Source: Amphiscolops sp. MND2022
Lineage: Eukaryota
DNA length: 64,000 bases
Assembly (NCBI GenBank): GCA_964187785.1
Contig: OZ076409.1
Coordinates: 58,220,001 to 58,284,000, forward strand
Direction of reading: 5' to 3'
A model generated the notes under the pieces. It was not told the DNA's origin and did not search any database. It worked only from the letters and a program-made list of their open reading frames with translations. The stretch's first letter is position 1. Every line of letters begins with the position of its first letter. Position numbers and translations under genes: made by a program. Positions 10,784-20,719 of this stretch are shown piece after piece.

Positions 10784-10971
10784 ACTGTTTTATAGTTTTC
10801 ATTTGTATTTATTACTGTTCTATTGAGTAACTAATTTCATTGATTGATGTGCTGTACGTTAGAAATTCAACTGTTGGTGAATAGCAAAAAAATTTTAGAA
10901 AATAGTTAAATTAAGGTTCACAGACAATTTAAATAGGAGTTTATGAAGAAAGTTTACAAAACCGTCACACA

Positions 10972-11376
10972 TTACAAAACTTCTGCAAAGAATTTGAGAA
11001 TAAAAACATCATTCACATCATACATTAAAAAGTTAGAAAACAAACAATAGGCAAAATAGATACAATAAAGTCCGCAGAGATCTCGCTTCTGTAGAGTTAA
11101 ACGATTCAAAACTTTAATCGATTTCTTAGGATTGAGTTGAATAGTTTTGTAGTAGGTTGGTAAATTACCAAGAGAGTCTCCGAAAAAAATTTTTCCCCGA
11201 CAATTCGCAACCATCACCCAATGCACTCCAGGTCTCTTGCTGGTGTCGGTGTTACAGATGAAAAAAGTATTATGAGGAATAATTTCAGGAATCATATCTG
11301 CTGGGAAGGAACCAAGATACTTGTACTTCAAAATACCAAATCTGGAAATGATTCGTGATAAATGATCGTTATCCAT
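10972..11376 (-). CDS. Adenain-like cysteine (maturation) protease
   Basis: NTDTSKRPGVHWV (catalytic His), FGDSLG (Asp), LQ..DLCGLYC (Gln/Cys). The ATG at 11376 overlaps the MCP stop. Confidence 0.93.
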   Translation of the reverse strand: MDNDHLSRIISRFGILKYKYLGSFPADMIPEIIPHNTFFICNTDTSKRPGVHWVMVANCRGKIFFGDSLGNLPTYYKTIQLNPKKSIKVLNRLTLQKRDLCGLYCIYFAYCLFSNFLMYDVNDVFILKFFAEVL

Positions 11377-12610
11377 TTTTAACAACTGAACCGTTCTTGT
11401 CAATAAATATTGTAGAAATTCTCTCCCCGAAGATAACTACCTCGGTTGCTGCAGTGATAGGAGTTGTGAATTTCAATTCTAATCTAAGACTAGCGGCGAC
11501 AACATCAGGGTAATAGATTTGAACGTTAGCTTCTTGGGTAGACGTGAGGTCGAATACTTGTACAAAATGATTATCGTAATCCTCAAGAGGAATACCAGGA
11601 CCATCTTCATCGAATTTGAGAGCTCTCATTGACGTGATGTAAGACTGAACATTTTGAGTAGTATCCAAATCGACAACAACCTGGCTTCCTCGAACCAATC
11701 GTAAGGAACTGAGACCAAACTTTTGATAATGAAACGGGTTAGTCTTTAAAGTTCCAGTGAAAGCAGTATTGACATTCATTGCAATTGCTAAACGTCTAAT
11801 TGGAGCATTATTAAAAATGTTTTCATGAATATACTGGTTCTGTCCGCTGGGTATTATGAAAGATTTCGCTAAAATTTCAGAAAAATTATACCGCGCTGCT
11901 CGTAGCTGGAGAGTGTTGTGGAGATCTTTATAAATTCGATCTTCGACAGCAACTTGTCGAACGAAAAGTGTCGCCTCCAAGATTTTACCGATGAAATTTT
12001 TATTCTGCTGTGAAATTAAATAGAAAATTGGTCGCGAACGAACCAATCGTAACCGTACATTAACATTAGGGAGTAAAAACTTGTCACAAGTGAAAATATC
12101 AACACATAACTTCCCGTAGAAAGCAACAGTATCACTCTTTTTCCCTTTTCTAGTGACAAAAGGTTCTTCTCCAAAAGCAGACGGATCTTTTTCATAGTCA
12201 TAACCTTGACAAAACGATATAGATTCCTTGGTTCCCTTGGTACCAGAGAACTCATTAGAAACAAAAGCTTTGTGTGGGTAAAGACCGTTAGATGTGTAAA
12301 CTTGTTCGTTGTTGAAGAAAACTTCACAATTGGAGAAAAGCGAATGCATTGTATTGTTGACAAACATAACATCGTCAGTTCCGTCTAAGTCTGCAGTTCC
12401 TTTACCAATTTTTACTTTCAAATATAGGAAAGTTTCTTGTAAGTCAATCATGACGTTTCGGTCCGTTGCAAAATTAAATTCGAGTGAAGATTCATTGAGA
12501 GAATTTGTGGGATATATTTTCTGAAGGTTGGACCACTCGATTGGTTCCAAAATTGGTACTCGTTCGAACAGATCCAAAGAAGAGTGAGTCATTGTCTTGG
12601 GAATGGACAT
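11369..12610 (-). CDS. Major capsid protein (double jelly-roll, Polinton PY/hexon-like)
   Basis: 413 aa. N-terminal HSSLDLF..P, then NNTMHSLFS, LLPNVNVRLRL, NPFHYQKF and FDLT motifs typical of Polinton MCPs. Confidence 0.9.
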   Translation of the reverse strand: MSIPKTMTHSSLDLFERVPILEPIEWSNLQKIYPTNSLNESSLEFNFATDRNVMIDLQETFLYLKVKIGKGTADLDGTDDVMFVNNTMHSLFSNCEVFFNNEQVYTSNGLYPHKAFVSNEFSGTKGTKESISFCQGYDYEKDPSAFGEEPFVTRKGKKSDTVAFYGKLCVDIFTCDKFLLPNVNVRLRLVRSRPIFYLISQQNKNFIGKILEATLFVRQVAVEDRIYKDLHNTLQLRAARYNFSEILAKSFIIPSGQNQYIHENIFNNAPIRRLAIAMNVNTAFTGTLKTNPFHYQKFGLSSLRLVRGSQVVVDLDTTQNVQSYITSMRALKFDEDGPGIPLEDYDNHFVQVFDLTSTQEANVQIYYPDVVAASLRLELKFTTPITAATEVVIFGERISTIFIDKNGSVVKNG

Positions 12611-12614
12611 TATT

Positions 12615-12992
12615 CTAGGTAACGTTTTTAAAAAAATCGTCCCGACTGCGTTGTTTCTGAGCTTTCTGTTTAATGATTTTTTTCTTCAATCCTCTTTTTC
12701 TTCTCTGTTTCGACTTTCTCTTCACTCTTCCTCCTCCAAACTGTTTTTTTGCAGTGGCTTTAGCAGTACGCTTCACTGCTTTTTTGATAGAAGCTTTTCC
12801 CTTGATAACTTGATCGAGTTCAGGAATCGCCGATTCTATGACATCTCTTCCTAACTTCTTCGCTACAGGTAAAACATACTTTCGTAAAATAGGAAAAGTT
12901 GTCCTAGCAATTGTTCCTGCAAAGGCTCCTAATCCTCTCCCACGTTGTCTCGGTACACCACGAAAATAACTCATTTTGTCAAAACCATCCAT
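12615..12992 (-). CDS. Basic core/DNA-condensing protein with protease-cleavage-like Gly motifs
   Basis: YFRG..RQRGRGLG and QFGGG motifs, amphipathic middle region, very Lys/Arg-rich tail. Located between the minor capsid gene and MCP. Confidence 0.75.
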   Translation of the reverse strand: MDGFDKMSYFRGVPRQRGRGLGAFAGTIARTTFPILRKYVLPVAKKLGRDVIESAIPELDQVIKGKASIKKAVKRTAKATAKKQFGGGRVKRKSKQRRKRGLKKKIIKQKAQKQRSRDDFFKNVT

Positions 12993-13026
12993 CCTGTAAG
13001 ATAATTAAAGAGAAAATGAAAATAAA

Positions 13027-13827
13027 CTAGATTCTATTCCCGTCTTTCACTTTTTTGAATAACAGATTCAGGCGTGTGTATCCACAAGATAGAAACGGAA
13101 TAAGTTCACCCGTAGGTGATCTCAACTCAACTGAAATAGAATGAATTGAATGTTTGAGTACTCTTCGGAAGTCCAGCTGCATGAAAGTTTTCGATCGTAT
13201 TCCTGACTCTTCCGTCTTTTCAATCGCAAACGTTTTAAGATTAGGTACTTTGGAGTCACCAACTATATTACTATTTATAAAATCAGTGTAAAGTAAAATG
13301 GAATGGATTCGTTGTAGGTCGAAAGCTAAGGGGGAAACTCGAGGAACCTGATCAATTAAAACATCGAATTTTGATGGTATGAAACCAAAAATGTGTTGTA
13401 GGTCATCGCTTATCAATCCCAAATGGAAATCTTTGATCGTTGCTAACTTCAGCTGTTGTGATACAGGATCAATTTCACAAGTGATTAAATTGTTAAGCAA
13501 AGCTTTGTCTATATAGTTCACATATCGTGAAGATTGTGAGACCTTACTTATCAATGCAATAACCACAGAATCTATGGAGTCATAGCATCCAGGTTGTAGA
13601 TTGAAGTATTCCAGATGTTTCACTCCTTTCCTGACAATAGACGTTTCAAATCTTCCCTCAGTAATGTTACAAATTTTCGATGGATAGCTTATTTCAGTCA
13701 CAGCTACTTCCCATTCGCCACTCAAATGTAGCTGTTCTGGTAATAGGTTAGAAAAAGATGCTGAAGAATTGGTCCGAAATATATTTCCGGAAGCTGAAGA
13801 GTGCAACTCTATTGTAAAAGATTCCAT
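13027..13827 (-). CDS. Minor capsid protein (penton-like)
   Basis: MESFTIELHSSAS..F..N....F.N.LP..L.L.GEWEVAVTEISYP at the N-terminus and LYTDFI..NIVGD...ISVELR..TGELIPF at the C-terminus. Confidence 0.88.
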   Translation of the reverse strand: MESFTIELHSSASGNIFRTNSSASFSNLLPEQLHLSGEWEVAVTEISYPSKICNITEGRFETSIVRKGVKHLEYFNLQPGCYDSIDSVVIALISKVSQSSRYVNYIDKALLNNLITCEIDPVSQQLKLATIKDFHLGLISDDLQHIFGFIPSKFDVLIDQVPRVSPLAFDLQRIHSILLYTDFINSNIVGDSKVPNLKTFAIEKTEESGIRSKTFMQLDFRRVLKHSIHSISVELRSPTGELIPFLSCGYTRLNLLFKKVKDGNRI

Positions 13828-13859
13828 CGACAAATGGTGAACTCCTTTTGTAGTCAAAT

Positions 13860-14807
13860 TTATCTCGAGATATGTTTAGAAAGTTCGTGATGATAAAATT
13901 TACCTAAAATTTTCTCGCCTTCCAAATCTTCCAGCTCGTACGTAGGAACAGGTTGTCTGGTTGAAAGATTGATTATTCGAAAGAGTTCATCTGTGAACTG
14001 AGGTTTGTAACCTTTGGAAAAAGAAGTAGTAACTTTAGCTATTCTAACAAAATCCCCTTTCCGGAACGGTGGTGTCTTTTCACTGAAGTTCACTTGTCTA
14101 TACAAAACTTTCAGATAGTCAGAATTGGTAACCTTGTTTGGAGCGAGTCCTGTTGATCTGTTGATCCTCGAATTCAAACAGTCAACAAGGTTCGGTAGAT
14201 TACGGAAATAATTATAGTTCCCACTTTCCTCCAGATGCTTGTAAATTATTGTTTTCAACGACCTTATAGCCCGTTCAGCAAAACTAGCTTTCGTTTCGCT
14301 AAAAGTGTGATACACATTTATTCCAGCATCTTCACAAAAGGATCGAAAGTCCCCGAAAAACTCTTTCCCTCTGTCAATCCATAATCGTTTCGGAATTACA
14401 AAGTTGTTCGAATTAGAACACAATTTGATAAAAGCCATTTTGGTTGATTCACTAGATTTGTTCTTCATAGGTTCAACCCTTATAAAGCGTGAAAACACGT
14501 CAACACAAACCATTAGGAATTTTGTGTGAGAATTCCATTGGGATAATTTATCAACTTGTGCCAGATCTAAACACCATATGTCATCAATGAACCTGGCAAA
14601 AACATGTAGTCTAGGAAATTTCCGGATTCGATTTTTGTATTTGGTGTATGACGCTTTACTATCAAGAAATTGTTTGACTTTCGTGCGTGAGAGACCACTA
14701 AGTCTAACTAAATTTGATATTGAACCGAACGCTGCCGGTCCGTTCCGGTATAATTTTGTAAGTTTGAGTCTTTCAGAAAGAGAAAGTGATCCAACTGTCA
14801 TCATCAC
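13860..14807 (-). CDS. Retroviral-like DDE integrase
   Basis: WCLDL (D), WIDRGKEF (D), AERAIRSLK (E). C-terminal GDFVRI..F.KGY..FTDELF..FY..EL. No chromodomain is evident. Confidence 0.96.
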   Translation of the reverse strand: MMMTVGSLSLSERLKLTKLYRNGPAAFGSISNLVRLSGLSRTKVKQFLDSKASYTKYKNRIRKFPRLHVFARFIDDIWCLDLAQVDKLSQWNSHTKFLMVCVDVFSRFIRVEPMKNKSSESTKMAFIKLCSNSNNFVIPKRLWIDRGKEFFGDFRSFCEDAGINVYHTFSETKASFAERAIRSLKTIIYKHLEESGNYNYFRNLPNLVDCLNSRINRSTGLAPNKVTNSDYLKVLYRQVNFSEKTPPFRKGDFVRIAKVTTSFSKGYKPQFTDELFRIINLSTRQPVPTYELEDLEGEKILGKFYHHELSKHISR

Positions 14808-15297
14808 CAGTTAGAGCGGTACTGTTGGCAAGGTATGTTGATGGTAGCTTCAATTGTTGCAGAATGACAGAATATCTCGGGTTGAAATTAGCTGACTTAT
14901 GTCTCAAATCATAAACGAAGTCCCGAGCATTGACTTCTGTGTCTGTATTATTCACAACAATTGTGTTTCCATTAGAAAATTTGATCGACGGGTTGGAAAA
15001 CAGTTCTTCTAATATTTTCTTGGCCTTGGAATCTTTCTTGAAAACATCCAAGAGATACTCTTTAAGTTTGGACTGCTTATTAGAAGGTTGAACAATTCTA
15101 GTATCATTGGAAGTATCATTGGAAGGGGAGTGCTTTTTATTAGACTTGAGCGATTGTGGTAAGGAATTAAAGAAACTCATTCTTTCGTTGGTAGATTCTG
15201 TTTGTACATCTATAGGTGATGAAAGGTCTGTCTGAAAATTGGTTTTCCCTGCTTTCCATAAATGAAGAGGAATCAAAACAAATTTATTATTTTCCAT
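14773..15297 (-). CDS. Polinton hypothetical protein (174 aa)
   Basis: N-terminal KFVLIP. Overlaps both neighbouring ORFs in the compact minus-strand gene run. Confidence 0.75.
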   Translation of the reverse strand: MENNKFVLIPLHLWKAGKTNFQTDLSSPIDVQTESTNERMSFFNSLPQSLKSNKKHSPSNDTSNDTRIVQPSNKQSKLKEYLLDVFKKDSKAKKILEELFSNPSIKFSNGNTIVVNNTDTEVNARDFVYDLRHKSANFNPRYSVILQQLKLPSTYLANSTALTGDDDSWITFSF

Positions 15298-15613
15298 TGT
15301 CGAAAAGATGTTGAAATTTATCTAAAACAGCTTGTGCAATGAATCTGAATAGTATAATTCCTTTATCACAAGCCAAAAGGAATCGACGTTGTTTCAAACT
15401 AGTCTTTTTAGATATCAATTGTTTAATGATTTGCTTCAAGGGAATCAATTTGATCTTGCTCGCAACTTTCAGGTTTCCATGGACTAGGTTTCTACAACAT
15501 TCGCAGAGAAATCTGACAAAATCTTTCGAACAAAGTTTCAGGAAACTTTTCTGTAAATCTTTACTGGAGTCGAGGAGAAGCTTTAGAGTAAAGTAATCCA
15601 GTTTTTTGATCAT
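15287..15613 (-). CDS. Small basic Polinton protein (ECxxNxxxGN type)
   Basis: FLCECCRNLVHGNL..KLI..K.SLKQRR motif. Located directly downstream of the ATPase. Confidence 0.75.
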   Translation of the reverse strand: MIKKLDYFTLKLLLDSSKDLQKSFLKLCSKDFVRFLCECCRNLVHGNLKVASKIKLIPLKQIIKQLISKKTSLKQRRFLLACDKGIILFRFIAQAVLDKFQHLFDNGK

Positions 15614-16265
15614 TTATTTCTGTTACTCGCGACCTACTGTTTGGTAAATAGAAAACGGTTGGAAATGAAGTGATATCTGAACAAAATCTTAGTGGATCGG
15701 GTGTCTTTGGTGTTAAATCTATCAAAATATGACCATAAGGTTTGGAGGTTGCATCTGAATACCACTGTTTTAGGTCAGATCCCAGACCTAACTGCTTCCC
15801 AAGAACATTAATCTGCTGTACATCTCTTGGTGACTTGAATAAAATGATGTGAGTGTTTTGTAACTCAGTGTCGCGACCAGTAGAAGCTTTGTGAAAAAGG
15901 TTGTGTTTAACATAAATACAGTTCAAATTTCTATGTCTTCCAGCAGTGGCGAGTTTCTCGAACTTCTTGGAACGTGAAATTTCGTCACAAGAATCATCGA
16001 AAATTAATAAGTACTTTGTTCCATCATTAGGTAAGTTATCAATGAAGTCGAAATCTAAGCTACCGATGAATTCAATGTTCTCTATGTCTCGCTGCATCCG
16101 TATATACAAGTTCTGGAAGAATTGATAAAAATAGAAAATCTTATCAAATTTGGGAACGAAAGTTCCTGCTTTTAGCATCTGAAATATTAGGTGACTTTTC
16201 CCTGAAGCAGATGGTCCAACCAAGGACATGAACACTCTATCTTCCGTGGAAATTAACTTATTCAT
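15561..16265 (-). CDS. FtsK/A32-like genome packaging ATPase
   Basis: Walker A GPSASGKS, Walker B LLIFDD, AGRH motif, ILFKSPRD. Likely start is the ATG at 16265. Confidence 0.95.
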   Translation of the reverse strand: MNKLISTEDRVFMSLVGPSASGKSHLIFQMLKAGTFVPKFDKIFYFYQFFQNLYIRMQRDIENIEFIGSLDFDFIDNLPNDGTKYLLIFDDSCDEISRSKKFEKLATAGRHRNLNCIYVKHNLFHKASTGRDTELQNTHIILFKSPRDVQQINVLGKQLGLGSDLKQWYSDATSKPYGHILIDLTPKTPDPLRFCSDITSFPTVFYLPNSRSRVTEINDQKTGLLYSKASPRLQ

Positions 16266-16267
16266 AT

Positions 16268-16531
16268 CTAAGGACGTGGATTCGGAAGTATGTACCCGAC
16301 TACACTTGATAAAATAGCTACCCAAACGGTTGTTTCTTCACAACTTGAGGAGAGTAGAATACTGACGACAGAAGTAACAATTAATATAAGAACAACACTG
16401 CTTTGAATAATGAATAGGCTTGCTGATCTCGAACACTTACGTCCGCACACGTTCCAAGGTTGACGCTCCTCGTTATTATCGTCGAAAATTATCTCTTTTG
16501 TATGTACCACTGGGTTATTGGAATTTTGCAT
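16268..16531 (-). CDS. Small two-transmembrane protein (87 aa)
   Basis: Two hydrophobic helices (LFIIQSSVVLILIVTSVVSILL; VWVAILSSVVGYIL) ending GYILPNP. ATG at 16531. Confidence 0.75.
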   Translation of the reverse strand: MQNSNNPVVHTKEIIFDDNNEERQPWNVCGRKCSRSASLFIIQSSVVLILIVTSVVSILLSSSCEETTVWVAILSSVVGYILPNPRP

Positions 16532-16578
16532 ATCTAGGAACGACTGTATGATAACATTAGTTGTCAAAGTAATGACTT

Positions 16579-16989
16579 TCAAACTCGAATTGTTTCGAAA
16601 AGTGATGGTAAGAAAAACTTCAAGTATAGACAATAGGAGATTCCCGTTAAATGTCCTAGGAAGCAGAAGTTGGGAAACTTGTTATCAAATCTGAATACAT
16701 AACAATACCCTGGTCCTACATTCAATTCCCTTTTCATGAAGCCCGAGGCATCATGTAAAACTGCATGAAGTCGAAAAACTTTTGAGAAAGATAGAACACG
16801 ATCAAGAGGTGAATCGTCAATACCTATAATACCTCCGAAAGGGGACTGTTCATCTATTTGCAACAGATTTATTTCCGGATCAAGTGATTTGCATGCTGCT
16901 AAAAAATAATTCTTTCTTCTGGTGTTCCTACTGAAACTGTAATCATTCGATATTTCCTTTTCCAGTTCGTTGATAAGCTTTACATCCAT
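16579..16989 (-). CDS. Phospholipase A2-like protein (putative entry factor)
   Basis: GGIIG..LDR..RLHAVLHDA..GPGYCY. The HD dyad context resembles viral PLA2 domains. Confidence 0.6.
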   Translation of the reverse strand: MDVKLINELEKEISNDYSFSRNTRRKNYFLAACKSLDPEINLLQIDEQSPFGGIIGIDDSPLDRVLSFSKVFRLHAVLHDASGFMKRELNVGPGYCYVFRFDNKFPNFCFLGHLTGISYCLYLKFFLPSLFETIRV

Positions 16990-17175
16990 TTTTTATAGCA
17001 ACGTTCAGATGTGAATATCTTTCACTTGTATTGGTAAGAAAAATTCAGAATAGGATCTCAATTTTAACTGGTTGTGATCAACTGAAGATCTGGGAGAAAA
17101 AACTTGAAATGGAACAGCAAACAATGAATTACAATGGAAACAATAAATATATAAAATGAATCATTCAACAAAAAT

Positions 17176-18045
17176 TCACATAAACAGAGAAGGAAGAGAG
17201 ACAGACGTAGTCAGTTTCTTATTCAATGCTAGTGTTTCCCTGACGAATGTTTCCATCAGCTCCACTTTAGAATTCAGACACTTGGATACTTCTCCCACTT
17301 TCATATTGATACATCCTTTCCTGACGAAATTGTCCTCTGTGTTGACTCGTGTGTATAACTTCAATTGAATATAGGAGCGGTAGAAGTTTTCTTTGTCATA
17401 GACAGTCATTGAAGCACAAATCTTTCGTCTCGCTGTTTCACAAAGTTCCCAAAATTTAGCACAACTTTTGGAATCTTCTAATGGCGTGGGGAAATTCAAA
17501 TAAGGATTCTCAGCAGTATAGGACGTAACAATGATTTCATTCGAGTTTTCCTCAAACAAATTTCGAGCTTCCTGCAAAACCTCATCGAGTGATGATAGCA
17601 CTCTCCTCATTTCCCAGGTGGAGAGAATCAGAAGCTGATGAAACTTCATTTGTCCCATAAATTCTTTATAGATTTTAATATGTATCCAATTACTGGTTGG
17701 ATGTTTTATTTCAGTGGCAGGAATAGAAATTCTTAAAGTTCTTTCGGGTATACAAGAAAAGTCCCAGCATTTAGTCGAAGATTGTGCATCTGCAAGAAAA
17801 CCAGTTTGTCGGTACTTATCCAGAACTGATTTCCCAAAAGATAAAGACTTGGAAGTCTGAGGTGCCACCGCAAGCGTGCCGAAGTCTAAAGTCTCCTCTG
17901 GTCCAATATCCACATAACTTGTGAACAAGTTGGTAGAGAAATTGGGAGATTGATGTGGAGTTGGACAAAGTTCAGATTGTTCCATTTTTCCTTTGCTGGT
18001 TCGAGGATAATCGTTCGATTTTTCAGAAACTATTTTTCGTTTCAT
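17176..18045 (-). CDS. Protein with two PC4-like (ssDNA-binding) repeats
   Basis: Two similar segments: LRISI...WIHIKIY...LILSTWEM and RKICASM...YIQLKLY...KGCINMKVGEV. First ATG at 18045. Confidence 0.6.
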   Translation of the reverse strand: MKRKIVSEKSNDYPRTSKGKMEQSELCPTPHQSPNFSTNLFTSYVDIGPEETLDFGTLAVAPQTSKSLSFGKSVLDKYRQTGFLADAQSSTKCWDFSCIPERTLRISIPATEIKHPTSNWIHIKIYKEFMGQMKFHQLLILSTWEMRRVLSSLDEVLQEARNLFEENSNEIIVTSYTAENPYLNFPTPLEDSKSCAKFWELCETARRKICASMTVYDKENFYRSYIQLKLYTRVNTEDNFVRKGCINMKVGEVSKCLNSKVELMETFVRETLALNKKLTTSVSLPSLFM

Positions 18046-18204
18046 TACTTGCAAGGTACAGAACAAGCTAGTAATTGTGTTCGGGCAAAATTAAATGAGA
18101 ATTTTTCGTTGCACTGCCAAAAGGGAAGTGATCCAATGAAATTGCTCTAATTTGAATCGTTTCAATTCGTTAGTACAATTGTTTTCATTCCTAAGTACTT
18201 TAAT

Positions 18205-18390
18205 CCGTCCCCGCGGCGGCAACAGCTGTCACCGGCGGCGGCGGCGGCGTTCCGTTGGCGGCGGCGGCGGCGGCCGTTGAACTCCTCCTTTTCTGTAAAT
18301 TTCCAAATAAGGGATTTCTAGTCCTATAACCAATCTTAATACATGTACTCCTCACTTTATACCCCTCTGTTCAGCTCACTCTTTACTACT
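18205..18390 (-). repeat. Polinton right terminal region (presumed TIR) with GGC-rich tract
   Basis: (GGC)n tracts at ~18213-18275. The minus strand reads AGTAGTAAAGAGTGAGCTG from 18390. A TATAAA lies on the minus strand near 18360. Confidence 0.7.
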
Positions 18391-18486
18391 TTGGTATGAA
18401 CTTCATTCTGCAATGATTTTTAGAAGCTTCGTTGAAATGACTGGGATTTTCAATTCATACATAATTTAAAACGCATGGCCATTTAT

Positions 18487-18963
18487 TAATATTTCTGCTT
18501 TAGCAGGAATGTTATTGTAACCTCAAAGTTGGTCCTTTTTTTTTCAGTCGTCAAATTTCGTCCTACTGAATAATTCAGATATTTTGTTCGGCAGTGAGTG
18601 TAAGCGTGGGAAAGCTGCCGACAACAATTCAATTCTAGTGCGATAGAACGAGCGAGTGGTAATTATCCATTCGTATGCTGACGTCATTGAGATGAAGCGA
18701 ATGAGTGTTAATTATTCGTTCGTTGAGAGCTTCGCCTGCATTCAAATGCGAATGCGAAACTTCGTCTACGCTTAGTTATATTTTCTTTAGTCCGAGAAGA
18801 ATTAAAGGCGGTGCAAACTTGTACAGTGATTAATTGTGCTCTAAGTAATGATTAAACAGGAGTGTATTGGTATTCCAGATATGATTCTTTTATTAATGAT
18901 TTTTTGTTTTAAAAAAATAAAGATTAAAGCAGAAATAGTACTGAGCCCCGGAGGGGCCTATTT
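18487..18963 (+). mobile_element. HINE/DINE-1-like non-autonomous Helentron, family A, copy 1
   Basis: SubTIRs TATTTCTGCTTTA (18490) and TAAAGCAGAAATA (18925). 3' hairpin GCCCC-GGA-GGGGC followed by CTATTTT. No TSD. Three near-identical copies in the window. Confidence 0.85.
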
Positions 18964-20591
18964 TGATTTCTGTTGTTATCTCAATTTGCGTTTCTTTTTG
19001 TGTACTGGACTATGAAATCGTGACATCTCAAATTCAGTTTCGATTCAAAGTTGTTTTTATTTTTACCATTTTCCTGTGATTGACATTTTGCCAATATAAT
19101 TGTGATGAAAATTTCCGCTAAAATGCTGATATTTTGAGCCCATCGTAATCTTGAATGCGTTGTTGCCATTGATTGCTGCACCAGGCAAGGCTACTCATGG
19201 CGTGATTTTTATCTACGTTTCTCTACTTGCACTGTTGCACAAGATCGGTTTCAATTTAATTTCCATCCTTTTACATCCATCCTTGAAATCATATATTGAT
19301 ACTGAATGCCTTCAATTTTGAGGTGCTGTCATGTCTTTTCGACCGTAGAAGGGGGTTTTGAACTGAATGTGGGCGGTCTTTGAATGCATTAGAAAAAGTA
19401 GAAAAGGAAGATAGATACAGAAACAGTTTTTTGTTACCATGCAATTTTTGGTTATGCAATTTAAATTGCGAAACGTCTGGAAATTCGAAGCGAGCTCAGC
19501 GTTCAACTGAAAATCTTTCTCGATTTTTTTTCTGTAAAATGTCGGTTGTGTTGAATTTGTATACTGCAAATGTTTTTGTGTATTTTCGATTTTTCTCGAC
19601 GTGGACCATAATAAATTCGTATAATTTTTGCTTTGAAGACGGTTTTTATTTGAAGGTTTTAATGTCAAAATAAGAGGGTTAAGGATGTCTAATTGAGACA
19701 GTTGCTTTGGAAACAGACAATCTTTAATTAGACGTGTTCAACTTGGCATTAGTTTTTACAACCGTAGTTTTAAGTTTGTGTCATAATCGTGGAAAATCTT
19801 TGTTGTATTTTGATTGCTGTAAATTTATCGTTCTTCAGAATTCTTTAGATTGCGGTAATTTGATCCATGGCAATAATTTTTCTTTGGAATCTATTTAAAT
19901 ACGAAGAAAGCTACTTGAATGTCTTTCGACTGGTGTTCTCAATTCCTAAACCTATTACATGGCCTTGTTTTGATTCCAATTTCACAATCAATACAAATTG
20001 TTTTCCAAGAATCAAAGTCTTTCTGCAATTTCCTTGAAGCTTTTGTTTTTCCCGAATAATGTATTGATTCGTTTGGTATATGACAGCTATTAACGCGTCT
20101 TCAATCCTCAAATCTGATATCCGTCGAAAGGCAAAATTATTCAAGTTTTTCCCCATCAAACTGCCTCATCTGTAAGACACTGTACGCCCTATTTCACATC
20201 GATTGCAATACAGAATCAACATGCAAAAATAAATAAAGACGTAATGAAACTAAAAACAGTTTCAAGCTTACCCCAGTAACTAATGAATCACTCCTAGCAG
20301 TCTTGTCAGTATCTTGAATCTTTTTTGTGCAAAACAAAAACTAGAAATTCTTAGAGCTTAACTAAAAGGTTTACAGCATTCGTTGCTTTTTGCTGTTTTT
20401 CCTGACTGTAGACTTGACAAGACCAAGCCAAAGCCTACTCAAACAGACATTTTAGCTGTCAAACCAATGCAAATGAGTCACCTGTGTGTCATGGCGAATC
20501 TGTGGTGCAGAATGATTGGTTTAAATGGTGACCAATCACAGAATCAACTATTATTTAATGAAAATAAAACCGATATTAAAACAGGTCTTAC

Positions 20592-20719
20592 CTCTTCCCA
20601 TTGACTCGCGTACCGTAGGAGTCGAGTAACCCTCAGAAGTTTGAGAAGGGTGAGCAATTTCGCAAGTCTCAAAATTTTCAACGTTCTTGAAGCACTGGCG
20701 TATGTAGCACTTCGGTTTC
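20592..20719 (-). CDS. HCN: HCN channel exon (S4), duplicate copy
   Basis: RTLKILRLAKLLTLLKLLRVTRLLRYASQWEE, bounded by cag and GTAAGA. Confidence 0.88.

Larger units (their letters stand above)
4507..18390 (-). mobile_element. Polinton/Maverick (adintovirus-like) endogenous element; left end not found, may extend past position 1
   Basis: Contiguous intron-less pPolB, protease, MCP, minor capsid, integrase and ATPase ORFs. Terminal ACTACT at 18385-18390 is the complement of the canonical AGTAGT Polinton end. Confidence 0.96.

Noticed and set aside
7327..14814. Antisense or alternate-frame ORFs overlapping Polinton genes (7327, 8741, 10195, 10509, 12016, 12206, 12309, 12597, 14578)
   Set aside because: They are shadows of well-supported ORFs and have no recognisable motifs.
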